From: an archaeon
GTDB taxonomy: Archaea > SpSt-1190 > DYHY01
NCBI GenBank assembly: GCA_037442745.1
Contig: JBBIPP010000003.1
Coordinates: forward strand, 1-64,000
Reading direction: 5' to 3'
DNA: 64,000 nt
This document shows, piece by piece, positions 9,750-18,122 of this stretch (positions within the stretch are counted from its first letter, which is position 1; each line of letters opens with the position of its first letter). The translations under genes were made by a program, and so were the position numbers. Below the pieces are notes generated by a model, which had not been told where the DNA came from, searched no databases, and saw only the letters and a program-made list of their open reading frames with translations.

Positions 9750-10193
9750 TCACAGATCGGATGTGCAGTTCTGGCATCTGGTTGCCTTGATTGGGATTTT
9801 GGAGAGGCATTTCGGGCAGTCTTTTGTTGTCGGTTCCGCAATCTCTTTCACAGCGTCGTTCTTTCTTATCCTGTTTATCTGGGATATTATTACGAATATT
9901 GCGAGAGCAACCAGGGTGAAGTCGATTATTGTTGTTATGAAATTCCCGTAATTGATGGTCACTGCGCCAGCTGCCTTGGCATCGGCTAGGGTCGGAAAGT
10001 TCCCCCCGGAGAGCACAACGAACATGTTCGTGAAATCCATTTTGCCGAGAAGGAGCCCTATGGGAGGCATTAAAATGTCCGAGACGAATGAGCTAACTAT
10101 TTTCCCGAATGACGCCCCTATTATCACTCCGACTGCGAGATCGACGACATTTCCCCTCATTGCGAATTCCTTGAATTCCTTTGCGAATCCCAT
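9750..10193 (-). CDS. mscL: Large-conductance mechanosensitive channel with C-terminal zinc ribbon
   Basis: [21 protein letters not shown]; CPKC..CQNC tail. Confidence 0.96.
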   Translation of the reverse strand: MGFAKEFKEFAMRGNVVDLAVGVIIGASFGKIVSSFVSDILMPPIGLLLGKMDFTNMFVVLSGGNFPTLADAKAAGAVTINYGNFITTIIDFTLVALAIFVIISQINRIRKNDAVKEIAEPTTKDCPKCLSKIPIKATRCQNCTSDL

Positions 10194-10533
10194 TGGTTTT
10201 TCGAAAAGAGTCCCGGTTTTTAAGCATAATGCTGAAACTTTGGGAATTAGATAGATATAAAAAGGATATTAACTATATTATTGATAGGGATGGGGACCGC
10301 AGTTCAGCGAGTTCTCTTTGCCATCCCCCTTTCGAGCAAGCGGAACTGCAGTCCATTCAATCCCGAATTAGATTTTCGGTTTTCGGGATTTCGCTCTTTT
10401 TTTCTGCCCCGAAGACTGCTCGGACTCTTGCAAAGAATGCGCGCGAAAAAGCGTTCTGTGGAAAGGGATTGTTGGGAACAGTCGGCAGGAGGCAGACAAT
10501 TGGAAGGTATTACTGGGGGAGGGGATTGGAGGG

Positions 10534-10605
10534 GGCCCAGGGAGGGAATCGAACCCACGTTTGGGGATCCACAGTCCCCCAGTCTACCACTGACTTACCC
10601 GGGCC
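10534..10605 (-). tRNA. tRNA-His(GUG), G-1 encoded, CCA not encoded
   Basis: Cloverleaf: GCCCGGG/CCTGGGC acceptor, AGTC/GACT D stem, GGGGA-CTGTGGA-TCCCC anticodon arm, TTCGATT T loop, discriminator C. Confidence 0.96.
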
Positions 10606-10667
10606 ATTGGCAAGAACATTAATTGGAGCAAAGAAGTTTATAAAGATTCAAGTTCCGGCGTTTCCTT

Positions 10668-11714
10668 GTGAAAGATCTGATTCCTCTCGGCTTTGATGCC
10701 CTGCGCTCGAATTTCGCAAGACCCCCTAGTCCTTTCAAGCTGACGTTTGCAGTAACATACAACTGCAACTCTCGGTGCAAGACCTGCTCGATTTGGAAAA
10801 AGAAAAGCGTGGGAGAGCTCTCGCTTTCCGAAATTAGGAAATTCTTCGCGAATAACAGGAGTTTCAGGTGGATTGCAATAACCGGGGGTGAGCCTTTCCT
10901 GAGGCAAGACCTCTATGGAATTGTCAGGGCGGCAGTTGACACGAACCAAGTTTCCGTTCTGACAATTACGACAAACGGCCTAATTCCGTCAAGGGTTGTC
11001 TCGGACGTGAAGAAAATGCTTGGCTTGAAAATCCCCCGCCTGATTCTCACCCTCTCATGCGACGGGCCTGGGAAAATCCACGATTCTGTCAGGGGCGTTC
11101 CGGGAAATTTCGAGAAAATATGTGGGATTTATTCTTCCTTGAAGGGATGCCAATCGGAAAACTTCAAGATTTTCTTCGGTTTCACTCTCTCATCTTTCAA
11201 TTCAGACCAGTTCGAGCCCCTTTACAGGGAGCTTAACCGGCGGTTCCCTGAAATCGGCTATGACTATATTCATGTCAACGTTTTCCACTATTCCCCCCAT
11301 TTCTACTCGAACAATAGGGTCTCGGGCTGGGAGGCTCGTGCCAAGGGGGAGATTTCAAAAATACTTTCCAAGAGAAAATACTCCCCTATTGACCCTCTTG
11401 GCTTTCTGGAGCGGAAATACCTTGAAGGTGCGCGGGAATTCTTGGGAACGGGAAAGAGCCCGCTCCCTTGCAAGGCGGCATCATCGTCAGTTTTCCTCGA
11501 CCCGCACGGGAACGTCTATCCTTGCACAATCTGGAACACTATCTTTGGGAACGTCAGAAAAACTCCGTCCCTGTCCTCTTTTTGGAACTCTGAAGAAACT
11601 GCCCTGACTGCGAAAATGGCGTCTTCCCTGAAATGCCCCCAGTGCTGGACTCCCTGCGAAGCATACCAGACAATTGCCGGAAACTTGGGAAAATCCCTCT
11701 TTTTGGGAAAATAA
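10668..11714 (+). CDS. Radical SAM protein with SPASM/twitch domain
   Basis: CNSRCKTC, ITGGEPFLR, C..SSVFLDPHGNVYPC, CPQCWTPC. Confidence 0.93.
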   Translation: MKDLIPLGFDALRSNFARPPSPFKLTFAVTYNCNSRCKTCSIWKKKSVGELSLSEIRKFFANNRSFRWIAITGGEPFLRQDLYGIVRAAVDTNQVSVLTITTNGLIPSRVVSDVKKMLGLKIPRLILTLSCDGPGKIHDSVRGVPGNFEKICGIYSSLKGCQSENFKIFFGFTLSSFNSDQFEPLYRELNRRFPEIGYDYIHVNVFHYSPHFYSNNRVSGWEARAKGEISKILSKRKYSPIDPLGFLERKYLEGAREFLGTGKSPLPCKAASSSVFLDPHGNVYPCTIWNTIFGNVRKTPSLSSFWNSEETALTAKMASSLKCPQCWTPCEAYQTIAGNLGKSLFLGK

Positions 11715-11745
11715 TCCAAGTTGTTCTTGGAGCCGGGGATTTTTC

Positions 11746-12000
11746 CTAGAGCTGTTTTTTCGCATATTCCCAGGAGAGGTATATCAGGAAAACGAGGAAT
11801 GCGGTCGTAGCAATTCCGACGGGTATTGCGACAGCGACAATCCGATACCTGTCCGAAAAAATCCCGAATAGGAAAAGGAAGAGGACCATTACGAGGACCA
11901 CCACTCCGAGAATTCCTGAGATGTTGTCTGACACAAGCGAGCTTTTCTTTCCGTCGTCTTTCTCCCGTGATTTCCCCTGAATTTCCTGCTTCCTTGCCAT
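11746..12000 (-). CDS. Small membrane protein (2 TM)
   Basis: 84 aa, charged N-terminus then two hydrophobic helices. Confidence 0.65.
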   Translation of the reverse strand: MARKQEIQGKSREKDDGKKSSLVSDNISGILGVVVLVMVLFLFLFGIFSDRYRIVAVAIPVGIATTAFLVFLIYLSWEYAKKQL

Positions 12001-12059
12001 TGTTCTTTGGCGTTTTCTGCGAAATCTAATTAAAAAGGGTTGCTGAAATTCCGCGATAA

Positions 12060-12257
12060 ATGCTCTCAGAAGTCAAGAACTCTGCCTTGAGAACGCTCAT
12101 AAGGGCGAGCCTTGAAACAAAAAAGATCCTGACATTCTCAGACCTCTTCATAATTTCCGGGGTTCCACCCTCGGAACTGAAGGAAGTCCTCTTCAAAATG
12201 GAGCTTGAAGGGATAATTGAGGAACCGATTGTGAATTCCTACAGGCTGAAGAAGTGA
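12060..12257 (+). CDS. Small winged-helix-like protein
   Basis: SGVPPSELKEVLFKMELEGIIEEP...YRL wHTH-like pattern; TTAAAAAG ~30 nt upstream. Confidence 0.65.
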   Translation: MLSEVKNSALRTLIRASLETKKILTFSDLFIISGVPPSELKEVLFKMELEGIIEEPIVNSYRLKK

Positions 12258-12365
12258 AGTGGAAACGCGCCTTCTTCTTTTCAGGGGTTTGCATGCAAAC
12301 CTCTTTTTTGGTCAAACTTTCGTAAAGTTTGTTGAGGAACCGATTGTGAATTCCTACAGGCTGAA
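12217..12365. repeat. Exact 34-bp direct repeat (12217-12250, 12332-12365) flanking an 81-bp palindrome-rich insert
   Basis: TTGAGGAACCGATTGTGAATTCCTACAGGCTGAA read twice. Confidence 0.93.
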
Positions 12366-12477
12366 AAAATAAACACGTTTTCTCTCTTCTCGGGAACCGG
12401 CGAAGCTTTCGTTTTCTTTCCCCTCAAGGGCGTTCCCGGGTTGTTCGCTAGCGAACCCCGCTCTCTGGTAAATTTTT

Positions 12478-12608
12478 TGGTGCAGGAGGCCGGATTTGAA
12501 CCAGCGAACCCTCTAGGGGACCAGATCTTGAGTCTGGCGCGTTTGGCCCCAAACCTTACGGCGGATGTTCGGCGCGAGAGTCTGGATTGACCACTCCGCC
12601 ACCCCTGC
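12478..12608 (-). tRNA. tRNA-Leu(CAA) with a 44-nt intron at 21/22 (12543-12586); CCA encoded
   Basis: GCAGGGG/CTCCTGC acceptor, CCAGA-CTCAAGA-TCTGG, long variable arm; GGTC/GGCC helix with AAT and AAA bulges; removal restores GGTCAA-ACGCG. Confidence 0.93.
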
Positions 12609-12680
12609 GTCGGTATATTGCTATTGCTAACAGGGGGGTTTAAAATGTTTTTTTGCCGGGGAACTTGTCCGGAATGAATC

Positions 12681-13391
12681 CTAGTTCCGGTTGAGCTTTG
12701 AGATCTCTTCCCGGATTTTCCTTATTCTCTCCTCAATGTCGCCCATGTTTTCCGGGGAAGCCTTCTTCACATTCTCGTATCGGGAGCCTTTTACCCTCTC
12801 CTCAATGTCCTCGAGGCGCCCCAGAATCTTGTCAAGCTTCACCTGGCTTCGCTCCAATTCCTTCATTAGCCCATCGAGAATGCCGATTGAATCGAGCTGG
12901 ACTTCCCTTACAAGTCCGAAAACTTCCGTGAGGTTCTTCACGTTCTGTATTGTTGCTTTCATGTCGGAGAGTTCCGTCAGAATCTCCTCGTATTTGTCAA
13001 TCTTTATGAAAACGGGGGCGTTCGGGTCGGTCGCAACAACTGTCGGTTGCGTCTCGACTTGCTCCACTGTCTGGGCCATAAATGGCTCCCTTGAGTAATC
13101 CGGATATGCCTGGGGCATTTGTTGGGGTTGTTGCTGGGGGGTTGCTTGTGTATGGACCTGAACAACGACGGGCTGGCTTGTGACAATTGGCTGCTGCTGA
13201 GGTTGGGGTTGCTGTGAGAACTGGGGCCTTATTGCGTCCTGGGGAACCGGGGGGCTGTAATTCGGGGGAAGCTGCGACCCTTTGGGGGGAATCCATTGGG
13301 GTGGCTGGGCTCCGGTAGAGGAGAAGGGTATTGTCTGTGGCTGGAATCCCGCGTCTTTTTCCTTTAGGGGTTTTGGTGTAAAGAGTCCCAT
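12681..13391 (-). CDS. Hypothetical protein, P/Q-rich N-terminus and coiled-coil C-terminus
   Basis: Low-complexity PQ region then PVFIKIDKYEEIL and heptad-like helices. Confidence 0.8.
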   Translation of the reverse strand: MGLFTPKPLKEKDAGFQPQTIPFSSTGAQPPQWIPPKGSQLPPNYSPPVPQDAIRPQFSQQPQPQQQPIVTSQPVVVQVHTQATPQQQPQQMPQAYPDYSREPFMAQTVEQVETQPTVVATDPNAPVFIKIDKYEEILTELSDMKATIQNVKNLTEVFGLVREVQLDSIGILDGLMKELERSQVKLDKILGRLEDIEERVKGSRYENVKKASPENMGDIEERIRKIREEISKLNRN

Positions 13392-13477
13392 TCTTGATTT
13401 TGCACCTTTTGGGGAATTACATAGCCTCCGCTTTAAAAAGGTTCTTTAGTGATTTTATTTTACTTTGGAAAAATCCC

Positions 13478-16222
13478 CTACTGGAATGCGCCCCTCGCCT
13501 TTTTGTGGTTGAATGCCTTTATGCCCTCGTATATCACGAATATTGAGGATGCTGCAACGAAGGACACCAGCCAATCGAACGCGCCCAGAGGAACTGTCCC
13601 GAATATTGTCTGGAAAAATGGCACATAGAGAATCAATATGTGCGAAACTCCCAAGGCAACAATTGAGTATGTCGTTATTTTGTTCGAGAGAATCCCTATT
13701 TTGAATGCGGATTCCTCAAAAGACCTGCAGTTCATTACGTTGAACACTTGGAAGAGGGCAAAGGTCGTGAAGGCGAGTGTCTGGGCCTTGGGAACCGAAT
13801 ACGCCAGTTTGTCTAGTGCGAAATAGAATATGCCGAGGGTGACTGTCGCCATTATTGCGCCAGAGAAGAGAATGTTCTTTAGCATCCCCCCAGATATCAG
13901 GGGTTCGTCCGAGCCTCTCGGCTTCTTTGACATCAGTTCGCCTGATCGCGTTGGTTCAAGGCCTAGGGAAAGCGCGGGAGGCCCGTCAATTGAGATGTTC
14001 ACCCACAGGAGCTGGACTGGCAGAAGCGGGAGTGGCAAGTTTATTACAACGCTTGACAATATCATTAGTATTGCCCCGACATTCGTTGATATCTGGTATC
14101 TGATGAACTTCCTGATGTTCTCGTATATCCCTCTCCCCTCCTCGACTGCGGAGACAATGCTTGAGAAATTGTCGTCCAAGAGTATCATTGAGGAGGCCTC
14201 TTTTGAGACATCCGTTCCGGCAATCCCCATTGCAATCCCAATGTTCGCTTTTTTCAGGGCAGGGGCGTCGTTTACTCCGTCCCCAGTCATTGCAACAATA
14301 TACCCCTTGGATTGGAGGGCTTTCACGATTTTTAGTTTGTGGTCGGGCGAGACTCTTGCGTAAATGACAACGTCCTCGACTATTCTCTCGAATTGGGTGA
14401 GAGCGTCGAGCTCCCGTCCGGTTATTACCTTCGGCTCGAGCCCGAGCGAGCGGGCGATTGCAACAGCAGTCCCCGCATGATCCCCGGTTATCATTACAAC
14501 CCGTATTCCGGCAGTCCTGCACTTCTCAAGGGCGCCTTTCACTTCTTCCCTTGGGGGGTCGATCATTCCCTGGAGCCCGACGAAAATTAGGGATTCTTCA
14601 GCCGGCTTATCCTCGTCCCGGTAGAGTGGCCGGTATGCGAATCCGAGAACCCGCAGTGCCTCCTTTGAGAAAACGTCGTTCGCTTCGAGTATTTCCCGGC
14701 GCTTGGCGTCAGATAGAGGCGATTCCTTGCCGTTCTCAAGAATCCTTGTGCAACGCCGGACTATCTCGTCTGGTGCGCCCTTGACAAGGAGAGTGGGGTT
14801 GACGCCAATAAGGTTGACTGTGCTCATGAGCTTCCTTTCGCTCGTGAACTCGAATTCGTCAATCCTTCTGAAGACCTTCTCTAGCTCCTCTTTCTTTATT
14901 CCCCCTTTCGAAGCAGAGGAAATTAGCGCAATCTCTGTCGGGTCGCCAGACACCTTGTCGTGGAAAAGGCTTGCGTTGTTGCATAGCGCCCCTATTTGGA
15001 GGAGCATCTCAAGCGCAGTGGTCTTCTCCCCGAGTATTGTCCCGTGGACCGAATACCCCTCTCCGGTTACCTCCACAACTTTGCCGTCATAGAAGAGCCG
15101 GACAACGGTCATCTGGTTCTTTGTGAGAGTCCCTGTCTTGTCTGTGCAGATTACGGAAACGCATCCGAGAGTCTCGACTGCGGAGAGGCGCCTTACGAGG
15201 ACGTGCCTTTTCACCATTCTCCTGACTCCGACTGCGGAAGTTATTGTCATCACAATTGGCAGACCTTCTGGGAGGGCCGCAACAATCATTGCTATTGAGA
15301 GGAGGAGTATTTCCATCCACGGCCTCCCGAAGAAGAGGACAAGCACTGTGAACATTATTATTGAGAGGCCTATTACGGAATAGGAGAGGTTCTTTGCCAT
15401 CTCCTCAACGCTCTTCTGGAGGGGCGTGTCCTCAAAGCTCATTTCGTCTATTGATTTGGCGATTTTTCCTATTTCAGTGGAATTGCCTGTCGCGGCAACA
15501 ACTGCTGTTGCCCGGCCCGAAGAGACTATTGTCCCGGAATATACCATGTTCTTCCTTTCTGCCAAGGGAGTCTCATTGTGAAGTGAGTCTGCGTGCTTCC
15601 TTGAAGGGAGGGACTCTCCTGTCAGGGCTGCTTCAACTGTTGAGAAAGAGTGGTGCTCTATTACCCGGGCGTCCGCAGGTATCTTGTCTCCGGTCTCGAG
15701 GAATATAATGTCCCCGCGAACGAGATGTTGGGAATCGATGAGTTGCTTTGTTCCGTCCCTGAGGACTTTTACTTTCAGGGCAGAGAGTTTCTTTAGGGCA
15801 GCTATTGCCTTCTCGGCCCCCCTCTCCTGGAAGAATCCGATTATTGCGTTTATTGTTATTATCAGCACAATTGCAATTCCTTCGGGCGAAAAATGGGGAG
15901 ATATTGAGAGGTCTTGTTCGCTCACTAGGAATGAGAATGTGGCGGCAATTATCAGGAGTATTATCGGGAGGCTTTTGAACTGGTTCAGGAAAACTATTAT
16001 TGCGTGGACCTTTTTCCCTTCTGATATTGCGTTCTTTCCCTCTATGGAAATTCTCCTCTGGGCCTCGTGGTTCGAAAGCCCATCTTTGCTTGTTCCGAGC
16101 TCCGAGAGAACGGCCTCGGTGTCCTTTGCGTGGTGGGTATGCGCGTGGTGAGAGGGGTGAAGGGGCTTTTGATGGGAATTCTCGGAAGCGTGCTTTTCGG
16201 AATGATGTGTTGGTTGCGCCAT
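13478..16222 (-). CDS. P-type IIA (Ca2+-type) cation-transporting ATPase
   Basis: TGES, PEGL, DKTGT, KGAPD, GDGVNDAP; His-rich N-terminus. Confidence 0.96.
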   Translation of the reverse strand: MAQPTHHSEKHASENSHQKPLHPSHHAHTHHAKDTEAVLSELGTSKDGLSNHEAQRRISIEGKNAISEGKKVHAIIVFLNQFKSLPIILLIIAATFSFLVSEQDLSISPHFSPEGIAIVLIITINAIIGFFQERGAEKAIAALKKLSALKVKVLRDGTKQLIDSQHLVRGDIIFLETGDKIPADARVIEHHSFSTVEAALTGESLPSRKHADSLHNETPLAERKNMVYSGTIVSSGRATAVVAATGNSTEIGKIAKSIDEMSFEDTPLQKSVEEMAKNLSYSVIGLSIIMFTVLVLFFGRPWMEILLLSIAMIVAALPEGLPIVMTITSAVGVRRMVKRHVLVRRLSAVETLGCVSVICTDKTGTLTKNQMTVVRLFYDGKVVEVTGEGYSVHGTILGEKTTALEMLLQIGALCNNASLFHDKVSGDPTEIALISSASKGGIKKEELEKVFRRIDEFEFTSERKLMSTVNLIGVNPTLLVKGAPDEIVRRCTRILENGKESPLSDAKRREILEANDVFSKEALRVLGFAYRPLYRDEDKPAEESLIFVGLQGMIDPPREEVKGALEKCRTAGIRVVMITGDHAGTAVAIARSLGLEPKVITGRELDALTQFERIVEDVVIYARVSPDHKLKIVKALQSKGYIVAMTGDGVNDAPALKKANIGIAMGIAGTDVSKEASSMILLDDNFSSIVSAVEEGRGIYENIRKFIRYQISTNVGAILMILSSVVINLPLPLLPVQLLWVNISIDGPPALSLGLEPTRSGELMSKKPRGSDEPLISGGMLKNILFSGAIMATVTLGIFYFALDKLAYSVPKAQTLAFTTFALFQVFNVMNCRSFEESAFKIGILSNKITTYSIVALGVSHILILYVPFFQTIFGTVPLGAFDWLVSFVAASSIFVIYEGIKAFNHKKARGAFQ

Positions 16223-16367
16223 TTCAGCCGGTGCTGACTCTTTTGGGGTTAATAATGTTTGTTTCGGTCCTATCGGAGCTGGACGGATTGTGGAGGAGTG
16301 GGCTGGGTAGTATGCCGAGGCATCAGAAATCGGCCGAGGTCTAGGAGCCCATGACTGAACGAAAGGA

Positions 16368-16431
16368 AAGGAGTGGGGTCGTAGGCTGAATGAAATGAAG
16401 TCTAGGACAAGGGAAGGAGTGGGGTCGTAGG
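16368..16431. repeat. 18-bp direct repeat of the tRNA-Trp 3' end (16368-16385, 16414-16431)
   Basis: AAGGAGTGGGGTCGTAGG read twice, 46 bp apart. Confidence 0.88.
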
Positions 16432-16623
16432 GATTTGAACCCTAATAAGCAGGTTTCTCCGAACCGTTTGCAATAAGCATTACTCGGCAGGTTTCTTTCT
16501 CTCAAACCCGCTTTCCTGGTTTTTCAGTCATCTCCGGGAGGGTCTGTGGGAGCTTCCCGAATCTTCGCTCCAAAGTTTTAGTTCTCTGGAGCCTGCCGTA
16601 ATGCCTAGTTATACGACGACCCC
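16420..16623 (-). tRNA. tRNA-Trp(CCA) with a 131-nt intron at 37/38 (16455-16585)
   Basis: GGGGTCG/CGACCCC acceptor, GCAGG/CCTGC anticodon stem, TTCAAAT T loop; canonical BHB: CTCC/GGAG helix, AGA and AAA bulges, GAAC/GTTC. Confidence 0.95.
16455..16585 (-). ncRNA. Intron-encoded box C/D-like guide RNA
   Basis: CTTTGGAGC (16575-16567) is antisense to the anticodon/5' junction and N+5 from AAGA falls on C34; AAGCGGGTTT (16513-16504) is antisense to the 3' junction; boxes degenerate. Confidence 0.7.
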
Positions 16624-16650
16624 TTGCTTTCGGGAGATTCTGGGAACTTA

Positions 16651-16658
16651 TTATATAA
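16651..16658. promoter_or_regulatory. Palindromic TATA box probably shared by tRNA-Trp and acdA
   Basis: TTATATAA lies ~28 nt from the tRNA 5' end (16623) and ~28 nt from ATG 16687. Confidence 0.65.
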
Positions 16659-16686
16659 AACTTGGCACTTTCTACTCTTGTTGAAA

Positions 16687-18069
16687 ATGTCTAGTGAATT
16701 TGGCGAATCTCCCGGTTCAGTCAGCGGGTTCTTCTCTGCGAACAGTGTCGCGGTTGTCGGAGTCTCATCAACTGACGAGGAGGGGCCCGGCAGGGCGATT
16801 TTCCGAAACCTAATCTCTGGATTCTCTGGAAAAGTCTTCCCGGTCAATCCCAAAGCGGGGGAAATAGAGGGACGCCCCTGCTATCCTTCGGTTTCGGCAA
16901 TTCCGGAAGAGATAGGTCTGGTTGTTGTTGCGACTCCCGCGGCAACGGTCCATTCGGTCCTTGAGGATTGCGCGAAAAAAGGAGTCGGGCATGTGGTAAT
17001 AATTTCTGGGGGATTTTCGGAGATCGGAAACCGTGACCTTGAGAATTCCCTTCTCGCAATTGCCCGGGAGAATTCGATGAGAATAATTGGACCGAACTGC
17101 CTCGGGTTATATGACGCTCACAGGGGAATGAACGCCTTCTTCCTCCCGAACTATCGGATAAAGGCGCCGAAAGCTGGAAACGTCGCGTTCGTCTCCCAAA
17201 GCGGGGCGGTTGCTGGAGGGGGACTCGATTGGGCGGCGTCCGAGAACATCGGAATATCGAAAATCGTCTCCTACGGGAACAAGCTAGATGTTGACGAGGT
17301 TGATGTGCTTGAATTCCTTGAAAACGACCCTCAAACGAAGGTGATTATGCTCTATATTGAGGGCTTGAAGAACGGGAAAAGGTTCATTGAGGTTGCAAAA
17401 AGAGTTTCCGGGAAAAAGCCTATTGTCGCATTCAAGGTTGGAAACAGCGAAAGGGGCGCAAGAGCCGTTATGAGCCATACAGGCTCCCTTGCGGGCGACT
17501 CGAAAGTCTATTCGGGGGCTCTCCGGCAGGCGGGAATTGTCCAGGCGAAGACGTTAGAAGAGCTCTTTGATTTCGCAAAAGCGTTCTCCCTCCAGCAGGC
17601 TGGGGGAAAGAGGGTTCAGATAATAACATCGGGCGGGGGGTTTGGCGTAATGGCAACGGATGCCCTTGAAGAGGGCGGGCTTTCCCTTGCGGAAATGTCA
17701 AGGGAGAGGCGGAGGGCTCTCGAGGAAAAGTTCCCGTCCCACTGCGTTGTCAAAAACCCTATTGACCTGACGGGCGACGCTGACCCCGGGAGATATCTCT
17801 TGGCAATCGAGGCGTCAATAGAGGATGAAAATGTTGACGCAATACTTGTTATTTTCCTCTTCCAGCTGCCGAAACTCTCAACCGAAATAGTTCAAATGGT
17901 TGCTGCCGCCGACAGGAAAACTGACAAGCCTATTGTCGCGGTTGCTATTGGGTCGGACTTTACCCACATGCACAAGATTGCAATAGAGGCATCGGGAACC
18001 CCTGTATATGACACGCCGGAGAGGGCTGCAAGGGTGTTAAAGGCGCTCTCGGACTTTTGGGGAGAGTGA
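16687..18069 (+). CDS. acdA: Acetate--CoA ligase (ADP-forming) alpha subunit
   Basis: SVAVVGVS, IIGPNCLG, VSQSGA, SHTGSLAG (phospho-His), NPIDLTGDA; start reassigned to ATG 16687. Confidence 0.93.
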   Translation: MSSEFGESPGSVSGFFSANSVAVVGVSSTDEEGPGRAIFRNLISGFSGKVFPVNPKAGEIEGRPCYPSVSAIPEEIGLVVVATPAATVHSVLEDCAKKGVGHVVIISGGFSEIGNRDLENSLLAIARENSMRIIGPNCLGLYDAHRGMNAFFLPNYRIKAPKAGNVAFVSQSGAVAGGGLDWAASENIGISKIVSYGNKLDVDEVDVLEFLENDPQTKVIMLYIEGLKNGKRFIEVAKRVSGKKPIVAFKVGNSERGARAVMSHTGSLAGDSKVYSGALRQAGIVQAKTLEELFDFAKAFSLQQAGGKRVQIITSGGGFGVMATDALEEGGLSLAEMSRERRRALEEKFPSHCVVKNPIDLTGDADPGRYLLAIEASIEDENVDAILVIFLFQLPKLSTEIVQMVAAADRKTDKPIVAVAIGSDFTHMHKIAIEASGTPVYDTPERAARVLKALSDFWGE

Positions 18070-18122
18070 CTTCATCGCCTGTCCCAGTTAGAATTATTAA
18101 TTAGTCAGTCCTACACCTGAAA

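Noticed and set aside
10287-10330. GGGATGG start resembling a fluoride riboswitch
   Set aside because: Lacks the GCTRATGAC 3' element and there is no downstream + strand gene
10181-10696. ORFs overlapping tRNA-His
   Set aside because: They run through a clear tRNA and have no protein motifs
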